DNA of 63,327 nucleotides, filler included, from Kipferlia bialata (lineage: Eukaryota), in assembly GCA_003568945.1 (NCBI GenBank). It is 8 parts of 8 records of this genome, joined end to end, with 100 filler letters (N's around TTAATTAATTAA, not from the genome) between each part and the next. Parts side by side here need not be neighbours in the genome. Positions count along the whole stretch, not along the records: positions 1 to 11,110 come from BDIP01001289.1; positions 11,211 to 15,223 come from BDIP01001291.1; 6 more parts are not named here. One strand, written 5' to 3'. Under the pieces are notes generated by a model. That model ran no database searches and was not told the DNA's origin. It saw only the letters and a list, made by a program, of their open reading frames with translations. Every line of letters starts with the position of its first letter. Position 1 is the first letter of the stretch. The translations under genes and the position numbers were made by a program. This document shows, one piece after another, positions 1 to 11,319 of this stretch.

Positions 1-55
<55 letters not shown>

Positions 56-59
56 TCAG

Positions 60-3000
60 GGAGGTGCAGTTACAGAGGCTTGCAACCCCTACACTGCCTC
101 TGATGAGGCCTGCTCTGACATCTGTGACAGTGGGGAGGCACCTGCTTATAGGTAGGCCTATATAGTATAATCTATATAGTATATTATTCGTATATGTATA
201 TATATTGCCACAGACGAGACCTGCTCTGATACGTGTGACAGTGGGGCGGCACCAGCCTATTGGTATATAGGCTATATACAATATATTCCGTATATTGTAA
301 TTATGGGTATATGATGCGTATATATATGAGGTCTGTGCAGACAACTGTACAGTGGGGAGGTACCTGCATACAGGCATGCTAGATCTACACATACATTTGT
401 ATATAAAGAGTGTGAATATAATACCGTGCATATTATGATACAAATACATACTCTTTTGTATAATACAAGTGTTGAAAAGGACTCTCTCACCTCTAGATAC
501 CCAGCTCAGACCGGTGCGTATGAATACCTCATGCGGGGCACATACTCTCCAGACCTCTCAGACGCTGAAGAATGGAGGTAAAATGCCTAATTATATGCTT
601 CATGTGGGAATCGAACTCGCAACCTTGACAGTGCTAACAGAGCAGGGATATTGTTAAGGCAGAGGTCTATGGAGGCACACCAGTGGGAGTCTCGATATAC
701 TCCAACTTCTCTGGGACCAGTCCAGGTACCAATCCCTCTCTCTCTCTCTCTCTGACCAGAGATACTGTTATACAAGTGTCTCTCTGACCATGTTTTGGTT
801 GTAGTACTATCCTCTCTCTCTCTCTCTCTGATTATCAGGAAGTGTACCTATCTATAAAGTGATAGACACCTCCTATTCCACTGACCATGCTGTATTTCTT
901 CTTCTCTCTCTCTCTCTCTCTCTCATTTTCAGGGTCTACCCCCCTCTATAAGGTTGTGGATACGTCCTATTCCACTGACCATGCTGTTGTTGTGGTCGGG
1001 TGGGGGGAGGCATACTGTGCTGAGACGGGACAGACAGAGGTATATGTATGTACCTATGTATATATATTCAGAGAGGGGGAGGGAGAGAGATGGGGAGGTA
1101 TACTGTGCTGAGACAGGACAGAATGATGTACATGTATTGATTGTGAGAGAGTAACACACAGCTCTCAGACATGCTAGAATAGAGCATATCCTATCAGGTG
1201 AACCTATATATATGTGTGTATGTGTGCATTTTTCCTATATCTCCGTCTTGTGCACTATTATCCTCCCCCTATCTGAGGTCCTCTTTCATAATTCTCCTGA
1301 TTCTGCCTGCCCTTATCCCCAGATATACTGGGCTGCCAGTTATCACACCTTCTCTCTCCGCTTAGCCCGCTAATTCTCTATCTGGCCCATTAGCTCTCTA
1401 CCTATATAACACCTCATTCCCAGATATACTGGGAGGTGACCAGCTTTCACAGCTTATATTATTCATTTTTCAGTATTATTTATATTATTCATTATTAATT
1501 CCCAGATATACTGGGAGGTTGCAAACTCCTGGGGCAACTGGGGTGACGATGGCGGATACTTCAAGATATTCGATGGGTATGTTGGAGTGTCTCCCTAAGC
1601 ATATTTTCTTCTCCCTCTCTCTCTATATATATGTATACATGCGAATCTACCTTACCCTAGGAGTCTCAACTTCTTCTCTTCACCCTCCCTGCTCAGTCTC
1701 TCTCTCTCTGTCCTTACCCTAGGGGTCTAAACTCCTAGTGTTTCTCTCTCTCTCCCTCTCTCTCTTCTTACCCTAGGAGTCTCAACTTCCTCTCCTGGCC
1801 CTCCCTCCTCAGTGTGACATACCCAGTGCCAAGGGAGATTGAGGTATGTACACACACACACATATTTATATAGTATATGTAGTATGTTATACAATTATAG
1901 TATGTGTATTATTCCATCCTCAGTGACATACCCAGTGCCAAGGGACATTGAGGTTAGAATACTGAAATGGTGTATGGTGTATAAATGTATGGGTATCGTT
2001 ATCGCAAAGCGCCATTGGTGTTCAATCACTCCAGGTTGAGTCCAGCGTGTTTGGACTACTCCTCTTTCTCTCTTTCCTCTAATACTCCATTGTGGACCTT
2101 CTCTGAAAACCTAGGTTGAGTCCTCCAATGTGTTTGGACCTGTCCTAACAAGTGGAGCCCTGCTTCTAGGTAGCCTCTCTCTTCCTCTTCCTCTCTCTCT
2201 CTCACTTATCACAAGACGTTACTGCCTCTACCGGCCACTCTGTCACCCTCACCAGTGTCTTTCTCTCTCTACATGTATAGAATTATTGAGCTCTAACAAC
2301 AGACGTTACTGCCTCTGCTGGTCATTCTGTCACCCTGACTGGTGGCCCCTGGTCTGATGACAGCACACTGTCCTTTGGTGGAGAAGTAATATCATCGGTA
2401 CGGTATATACGTATACACACACACATACACAAGTATATAGTCTAGTGTACCTATGTTATTGGTTTAATATATGATGAGAGCACCCTGTCCTTTGGGAGGG
2501 AGGTCATATCATCGGTACGTACATATTTGTACATCATTGCTAATATCAAGAGTACGAATTGTAAGTAGGTATGTGATCCTTTGGATGAGAGATCATGGCA
2601 GCGGTACGACGGTCGCTATTGAATTGTTCCAGCTAGAGTCTATCTAATTGCTCTCACACAGACACTCTCTCTCTCTCTTTACCCTCACCCCAGGTCACCC
2701 TGTCTCTATCTCCCTTCCTGCCTCTCTCACACACACACTCTCTCTTCCTACCTCTCACCCCAGGTCACCTCCCGCACCAAGGACACCATCACATTCGGAA
2801 TCATCACTAGTAAGGTATGAGTATATATATATGATATGTATATATATATATATGGGTATTCATATGATATCTATGTCTGTATTGATGGAAGCAAGGACAC
2901 CATCACATTCAGAATTATTACCAGCAAGGTTAGACTAGAATTGTATGTTTATGTGTATCATTTACATATATATGTACCTGCATGATGTTTGTGTAGGTAT

Positions 3001-6000
3001 GGATCCAATGATCATCGCATTCAGGATCACCAGTAGAAAGGTTAGTAGGTTATGTGTATGTGAATCCACCCATAAAGCTGCCATATATACTCATTGTCAG
3101 GTCACCTCTATGCAGAGTAGCGTAGAGTCACAAAGCCAGAACTGTATAATACAATGATATCTATTAATTTATGTATATTGTATATATTCTCATATTATAG
3201 CTGTATATACTTTCTCACATCTAGGTCACCTCTATGCAGACCAGTGTGGAGGCACAGAGCCAGNCTTTCTCACATCTAGGTCACCTCTATGCAGACCAGT
3301 GTGGAGGCACAGAGCCAGAACTTGACACTATCGGTGGAGGGTACGTTGCATATGTCACCAGTGTGGAATCTCTCTCTCTCTTCGTGTCAAGGTGTGTTGG
3401 TGACCTATCGGTCTCTTCACTCCACAATTCATAATATTATGACAGTCTGCTTGGCTCCCTCTCTCTCACTGTAGGCTATGAGACTGATATCCTACTGGTC
3501 TCATCCGATGTACCTGTGGATGCATCGACAACTCTCTCCCCACTGGCTGTGGTGGCAGGTATGTTGTATATACATATACTGTATATATATTATGTATAAT
3601 TGCCATGCTAATGCATATATATATATGTACCGGTAGACTCATCCACCACACTGTCCCCACTGGCTGTAGTGGCAGGTATGTATAGGATGTACTTGTGCGT
3701 ATATACGTGTATATATATGTAGGTTTAGTTTCTATGCATATATATATACATATATATGTACCAGAAGATGCATTGACAACATTATCACCACTGGCTGTGG
3801 TAGCGGGTATGTAGTGTATATGACATATACATGTTTACAGTTAGCATGCCTTTGATATATAATGCCACACTGTAATAATATATATCTGGGTGTGTAAATA
3901 TCCGGCTTATCGCAGGTGTCGCCACCACCTTCACTGTTGTCGCTCAGGATACCTATGGGAACACTGTCACCAGTGGGACAGTGGACTGTATAGCCAGTTG
4001 GGACTCAGGTACAGTGTATACATTTATATATATACTATATATGTATGGGATGCAGGTACAGTGTATACATATAGTATACTATGTACATATATTAATACAT
4101 ATAGCCTAGCACATTTTTAGTATATAGTTACACTGCCACCAGTGGCACAGTGGACTGTATAGCTAGTTGGAATGCAGGTACTTATGTAGTTCCTCCTTCA
4201 CCTACAGTGCCGTAGCGTGTATATAGTCCATTCTGCATTGGTCTCTTTTATGTATCTCTAGTCATAGATAGTACCTGATTCCAGGCTTTTCCGACCCTGT
4301 CTCCTTCCCCTACAGTGCCACAGCTGGTGGGTTCTCTGGTGTCATGACACCAGATACCACGGCTGGGGGTGTTACTATGTACATAAGGTTTGCCAAAAGT
4401 GTTTATATATTGAGCACTATAGAGCAACTAACGTTTCAGGTTCTACGATGCAGGAACCACAGATACTGCTGCATCCTTCTCCCGTGCCATCATATACATA
4501 TCATTATGCATATATGTATATATATATACAATGTATGTTATACATAGTTATGTAGATATCTATTCACTAACTTGTCAGATTCTACGACGCCGGAACCACC
4601 GATACCATAGCCACCATCTCCCGTGCCATCACCCTGGGGTCAGGCCTGCCAGATGACAGCAACACAACTCTGACACCTCTAGCTGCCACTACTGGTACGT
4701 ACATACACCTACTATACTATATATGTGTGTATACTATATATACTATATATACTATATATGTGTGTATATATGTATATGTATACACATATACATATATGTA
4801 TGCCTGCCAGATGACAGCAACACCACACTGACGCCTCTAGCTGCTACAACGGGTACGTTCAACTATATGTATGTATATACATTATATACATAGCAACACA
4901 ACTCTGACCCCATTAGCTGCCACAACAGGTTCGTGCATATGCGTTCCTATTCTACTCTACAGTACTATACCATACTATATATTCAATGTAGTATATATAT
5001 CATGATTCTCATTGTTGCTTACCCACCAGGAGTAGCCACCACCTTCACTGTAGTGGCCGCAGACGTGAATGGAAACACAGTCAGGTATTGGAGTACTAAT
5101 GAGAACTCACCCTCCCACTCTATTACTCTCTCTCTCTTCACGAAGTGTACCCGTGTACTATCTATAACTATGTATGTATATGTGTATGCTCTTTATACTC
5201 ACGACCAGCTCCGGTTCTGCTCAGTGCGTCCTGAGCCTGGACTCCTCACTCGCTTCCCCCACCGCCCTAAGCTACGCGGTTGGTGTTGGGTACTCCGGTA
5301 CCTTCCTCGCTGGCTCCACCCCTGGTCCAGTGACTGTGTACATGGGCTTCAGTGACCTCAGCAGCAACCATCTAGTCACCTTGTCCCGTACAGTCTATGT
5401 CACAGACATCCCACCTGCCGGTGCCTCTCTCTCACCTACCTCTGCTGTAGCTGGGGAGTCCACGCTATTCTCCGTCACCGCCTTAGACAGCGAGAGTGCT
5501 CCTATCACCTCGAACCTTGCCTGCGAGATTAGTGCCTTCTCTGACTTCACTACCTACACCTCTCTCTCCCTCGCTAGCGGAGAGACAGCCTTTACGGGTA
5601 GCATGGACGCCCCCACCTCTGCGGGATCTGCAACTGTGTACATACGCTTCATCAGCACCTACTCCAACACTGTGGTGGGTACATTCTCCGATACCATCAG
5701 TGTATCTCCTGCTGCCCCAGACGCTACTAGCACCACTCTCTCTCCCATAGAGGCTGTGGCTGGAGAGAGTGTGACATGGACGGTGACAAGCACAGACACC
5801 TACGGCAACACGATCACTGGAGACTACTCCCTGGAGCTCAGCACGTTCAGCGCTTTCACTACATCGAGTACCATGTCCTATAGTGCTGGCACTGGGTTCT
5901 CTGGTAGTATGAGTGCACCTACAATGTCGGGGTCTCAGTTAGTCTATGGACGCTTCACTGCCAATGGGTCATTTGATGTCCTGACATCATTCCAGCAGGC

Positions 6001-9000
6001 AGTCACAGTGTCGCCAGGTACATTATCTCTCTCTCTCCCTATATAGGCCCACGTTTCTTTTACCACCACCTTGTTACCTCTGTCCAGTAGTGTGTGACAG
6101 TATCCATACATATGCACTACAGTATCTCCTCGTTTCTCTACATTGACTCAAGGCGATCCAGTTGCCTCTTCGACCACTCTATCCCCCCTTGTAGGAGTTG
6201 CTGGGACGTCCACACATTTCACTGTGACAAGTAGTGACACGCACGGTAACACGATCACTGCAGGTGTGGACTGCAGCCTCTCCCTCAGTCCCACCTTTGC
6301 CTCTGGTGTATCCTCTGTCTCCTACACCTCGGGTGTCGGATATGTAGGGGACCTTGCCCTTGGCAGCACTTATGGTGCCCAGACAGTCTATGGGCGCTTC
6401 ACAGAGACAGGGACTAGTACCCTGGTAGCGTCCTTCTCTGATGTAGTGGCTGCTGTTGCTGATATCCCTGTCGTCAGCAGTACCACCCTGACACCTACCC
6501 TGGCTGTGGCAGGTGCATCTACGGAGTTCACCGTGACAAGTCGTGACAGTCACGGCAACGCGGTCAGTGACACCACTGTGACATGTGAGATTAGCAGTGA
6601 CGCCGCCTTCACTAGTGTCGTTGCCCTGTCCTATACTACAGGGACAGGCTTTGTGGGGTCTCTTACCGTTAGGACTCTAGCCGGGTCTCAGAGTATCTAT
6701 GGACGCTTCAAGGATCTCTCGACTGGCAACGTGCTAATCACATTCTCGGAGTCCGTTATAGTACAGCCTGCTGCCCCGGATCCGACTCGCACCACTCTCT
6801 CCCCCCTCTCTCTGGTGGCTGGTGTGTCTACTCTGTTCAGTGTGACAAGCAAGGATCAGTATGGCAACACTGTTAGCACCACTGTAGATTGCTCCCTTAG
6901 CGCTGATTCATCGTTTACCAGCTCCGGCGCTCTCTCTCTCTCTGGTACCACCTTCTCTGGTAGTGCTGATGCACCTACCACTGCTGGTACACAGACAATG
7001 TATGGTCGCTTTACAACACCTGCCACTAGCACTGTGGTAACATCCTTCTCTGTAGGTGTTACTGTCTCTGCCAGTGACCCTGTGGCTGCTAGTACTACTC
7101 TATCCCCCACAGAGATGGTGGCTGGGGAGGACACTCTCTTCACAGTGACAAGTACTGATGCCTATGGTAACACAATTGTGGGTGGAGTGGATTGTGAGAT
7201 TACCACATACTCCTTCTCCAACCAGAGTGTATTGCCATATACACACTCTCTCCCTGGGTTCTCAGGGTCCATGGTTGCCAACACACTGGCTGGAAATCAG
7301 AAGGTGTGTATTCATAGCAGTAGTTGTATAATTTGTGCTGAAATGATACTCCCATCACTCTTTGTAAGCTATTATGACACTAACACTAGATATATGGGAA
7401 GTTCTATGAGTGTGGCACCACCACCATCATCACAGCCTTCGATATATCCGTCAAGGTCCTGCCTGCCGCCCCTGTCGCCTCTGGAGTCTCTCTCTCTCCC
7501 TCGGTAGTACCTGCTAGTGACTCTACTGAGTTCACTGTCACCGCCTCTGATCAGTATGGCAACATAGTATCCACTACTGCATCCTGTGGGGCTGGTCCCT
7601 CTTTCACGGAGCTAGAGACGTTCTCCTATGGTGCTGGTTTGGGTTATGTAGGCAGTGTCTCTGGCTACACGGTAGCTGGGGCTCAGTCTCTGGCAGTCAA
7701 GTTCAGTGATGCCGGTACGTCTCTCTCTTTCTCTCTGTGTGTGTCTATTCCCCTCTTCTTCATCCCTCTTCGCATCTACTCACCCTAGTCACTGAGGCAC
7801 GTGTTAGAGCCATCCCTCCTCTCTCTCACTCTCTCTCTCTCTCTATTGACCCTCTATATATTCATTCGTATACTCACTCCAGTCACGGAGACCACCCTAC
7901 TAGAGCTCTCCCTCCCCTTCACTGTCGTCCCCTCCACCCCCATAAAGTCCTCTATCAGCCTGGTACCCGATCAGATGTGCATATGTGCCGGCGCCACTCT
8001 AACAGTATCCGGCACTGACATGTATGGAAACAGCGCGCTATCTGAGAGTGCAGAGTGTACCCTCAGCACTGCATCAGACTTTTCCTCCACAGCGACGTCT
8101 GTCTCTCTCTCTCCTGTCTCTGGGGCAGGGTTCACGGGCATGTTCACACATGACACCGCTGGTGATCTGACTGTGTTTGGCCGGTTCACATCACCTGGGT
8201 CTAGTGAAGTGCTCTTGTCGTTCTCTCGCGAACTGAGTGTGTTAAGCAGCGTACCTTGTACCGAGAACAGTAGCCTCTCTCTACCCACGGGCTCAGTGGT
8301 AGCCGGAGAAGCATTTGAGGTGGGTGTACTTGTATGTAAGTTCTTGTTCAATTCTCATGTATCGTGAATATGTATGTTGTAGAGTATCTCACTGTAGGTG
8401 TCTGTCAGTACGTGTGATGAGTGTGGTAACACTCTCAATCCTCAGAGGTCCGATGCATTGGTATCACTGTACATCAATGACACACTCTCCAGCACGACCT
8501 ACGATACAACTGCAATTGCGTACACTGTCAGTGCAACGCGGTATACTGCCGGTGACTACAGTGTGTCTGCAGTGTATGAGGAGGGTACTGAGGGCGAGGT
8601 GACCTTCCTGAGTGGGTACTCAATCTCTGTGGGGCCTGCTGCTGCCGATGCTGGTCTGAGTGTACTAGACACACCAGCAGAGCTAGAGGCCAAGACGGAT
8701 GTCACACTGACAGTCAGTCTCAAGGTACGACACCTATATATAGATACTAAAGGATTGTCTGGTAATATGTTCATGTATGTATGTGTATATCCCCTTTTTC
8801 CTTTCTTTTACCGTGAATAGTATATAGATTAATCCCTTTTTACCATCTCACCCCAGGACGCCTATTCCAACACAATCTCTGAGTCAGTGGTGGTTGTGGG
8901 TCTTGAGGATGTTTACTATAGCCTCGTGTTTGATACCACGTCAGGGTTATACTCTACCACAGTGACCCTCCCATCTGCCGGGGTTCACTCAGTGTCAGTA

Positions 9001-9468
9001 CTTGTGGATAATGTCCACCTGATGTCTGAGTCTATCACTGTAGAGGGTGGAGTGCCAATAGTCGGTATAGCCCTGGTGATAGCTGCTGGCGTGGTTGTGA
9101 TAGGAGGCACAGGTGCTGCAGTGCACTTCCTCCGCAAGCCTTCCAAGGAGGTTCCTGATGTCAAGGTTAGCGAGGACACCCCACCTGGTGAATGTGGAGA
9201 GGGAGAGGGTGAGGGAGATATGGAAGAACCTGATGTTATAGAGGAGGGTGCGGTACATATACCCTGTGAAGAGGTTCCCCTAGACGTCGAGGCGGTAGAT
9301 GTGGTGCTAGACTGTGCTCCTGTTGGAGGTAATGCAGTGTTGGTGGAGCCTATGCCTCTACCTGTACCAGAGGCGACTCAGCTATCGGCATCTGGTAATG
9401 CTATAGTGAGTACGGGAGACGGGAGTGGGAGTCTCTTTGCCCCATATATCCCGGGGGGTGCTAGATAG
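60..9468 (+). CDS. 5'-partial, multi-exon type I membrane protein: papain-family (C1A) cysteine protease domain, IPT-like segment, about 10 tandem ~103-aa Ig-like (filamin/invasin-type) repeats, TM helix and acidic tail
   Basis: Spliced exons 60-151 (GGAVTEACNPY), 497-577, ~646-725 (IVKAEVYGGTPVGV), 933-1039 (DHAVVVVGWG, catalytic His motif), 1506-1576 (YWEVANSWGNWGDDGGYFKI, catalytic Asn motif) and 1777-1843 join in phase. Downstream exons repeat TTLSPxxxVAGxxxxFTVTSxDxYGN. Hydrophobic VPIVGIALVIAAGVVVIGGTGAAVHFL followed by RKPSK at ~9050-9150; stop at 9466-9468. The catalytic Cys region is upstream of the window. Confidence 0.85.
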
Positions 9469-9862
9469 GATTGATGTAGCACATTGAATCGTCATCAAAG
9501 TCTTACTAGCGGATGTGTCATTGATGTATCCATATTATTAACAACTTGCTTTTCTAGTTCACCAATATATGAACGTGGTACAGATGTAATCTTTTTGCTT
9601 GCTGTTTGTCGTATTATCAGTCCAATAGTTCGAAATTGGAATTGTGTAGTCAAATTCAAGAGAACACTGATATATAGAGGTTCATATACCATTTGAAATT
9701 GTGAGACAGTCACTCTGCCAGCTTGAGTCAAAGCCGTCCTCTCCCTCCTTTATACAAGAATCTCCAATCAGATACTTAGTGTCTGATGTGAGTATCACAT
9801 TATCCCTCCATCTGTATCTACTCCACTTCACACTCTGCGCATCATCTCTCCTCAGAGGGGAC

Positions 9863-11110
9863 TTAGTCCTCCCCAATCTCTCTCTCCTCATCTCCCTGTA
9901 TCTCACCGAGTAGGGCTGGTCCCTCACTGCATACCACCATGTGGGTGGGGGAGATCAAGCATGCAGAGCCATTTCCTAGCGAGTGAGATCCAAAGTACAA
10001 AGACCTGATACTCATACTGATACTGATACAAGTTGTATCATATAACCATGTGGGTAGGGGAGATGAGACAGACACTGCCATTACCTAACAGGTCACAGGA
10101 ACAACTCCACACATCACAATGCAATATTTCACAAAGTCGACGAGGGCTGATTATCACTATGTGTAACACATAGTATGTGTTTCTATACCTAGGGAGTGGG
10201 GTAAGCTGTCACTGGCTGTCCACTCATGTGTCTGTGTGTTGTATACATGCACCTACAAGTTAGATGATGAGTGTTATAGAGATATTGACTCTAGTAGTGA
10301 AGCTAACACTTGTGCTATAGTGATACACTGTTAATATGGTCTGAGCCATAGACTCTAAGGAATCAGCCGTACCCTAACTACCAAATATCAATACACTTAC
10401 CTTCTCCCTCTGTGGTCCACCACCTAATAGGTAGATCTCAGGGCCCACCGCCACAGACGCTGCTCCTCGGACCTACTCATGAGAGTAATTACAACAACAC
10501 TACGTTATAGGACTTTGATTCAAATGAAAAGGGGTATACCTTAAACTGTAGACGTGTGACGTTCCGCCACCCTGTCTCTAGGGAGTAGGATATGTGGAGT
10601 CTGGAATTAGATCGTTGCCCTGTAACAACCAGACTCTCTATCCATAGTATAACATGTGTACCTTGGGTTCCCTCTGGCTAAGTCCCCCATGACAATGTCA
10701 TGATGACATAGATCAACATATATATACAGAGTATGAATATATACTGTATACACTCTATACGTGTGATACACTCTCTGTTAGTTATATTCACATACTTTGG
10801 GTTCCCTCTGGCTAAGTCCCCTATGACATGGACAGTGTCACCAACGACAGCAGCAGAGGACCTGGTTGTATTAGTATTATGGTTAGTACACTCTTTACAT
10901 ACTTGTAATAACTACTGTACCCGACAAAATCCACTGAAGGTGCCACCCCCTGTGTCCATAAGTTATGGAGTACATAGAGGCTACATCATATAGTTACATT
11001 AGTTTAGTGTCAGTTAGAGTAATGTCCAATATATAGTCACCATGCAAATGCCACCGGTGGTGCCACCCCCTGTGTCCAAAAATAACTATATGTATCAATA
11101 CAATTACATA
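9863..11110 (-). CDS. Kelch-repeat protein, 3' part (5' end lost at the contig edge)
   Basis: Minus-strand exons give kelch motifs SAAVVGDTVHVIG (~10798-10860), VRGAASVAVGPEIYLLGG (~10401-10470) and VHVYNTQTHEW (~10189-10251). The last exon ends at a stop at 9863. Some exon phases are unresolved. Confidence 0.6.
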
Positions 11111-11210
11111 NNNNNNNNNNNNNNNNNNNNNNNNNNNNNNNNNNNNNNNNNNNNTTAATTAATTAANNNNNNNNNNNNNNNNNNNNNNNNNNNNNNNNNN
11201 NNNNNNNNNN
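11111..11210. other. Artificial contig-joining spacer (44N-TTAATTAATTAA-44N); identical spacers at 15224-15323, 26430-26529, 37636-37735, 48839-48938, 55256-55355 and 60091-60190
   Basis: Identical 100-nt design each time; the core gives stop codons in all six frames. Genes are truncated on both sides. Confidence 0.98.
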
Positions 11211-11319
11211 GTTTTTTTTTTTTTTTTTTTTCCTTCCCCCCCCCCCCCCCCCCCATTTCTCGTTCTGATGATGTGTCTCTATATACCTTATACTATCACC
11301 CTTCCCCCCTCTGACCCAG

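Noticed and set aside
595..650. tRNA-like T-arm/B-box on the minus strand (ggttgcgagttcgattcccac); similar motif at ~60680-60702
   Set aside because: Imperfect T stem and no D arm or acceptor stem could be folded; at most a degenerate remnant.
10920..10960. Minus-strand DTGGGTFSGFCR resembling the pantothenate kinase GGGTF motif
   Set aside because: Neighbouring exons are clearly kelch repeats, and no other PanK motifs are present.
11155..11166. Recurrent palindromic TTAATTAATTAA as a biological motif (e.g. transposon target site)
   Set aside because: Always centred in exactly 44+44 Ns; an artificial six-frame-stop linker. Gene adjacency across linkers is meaningless.
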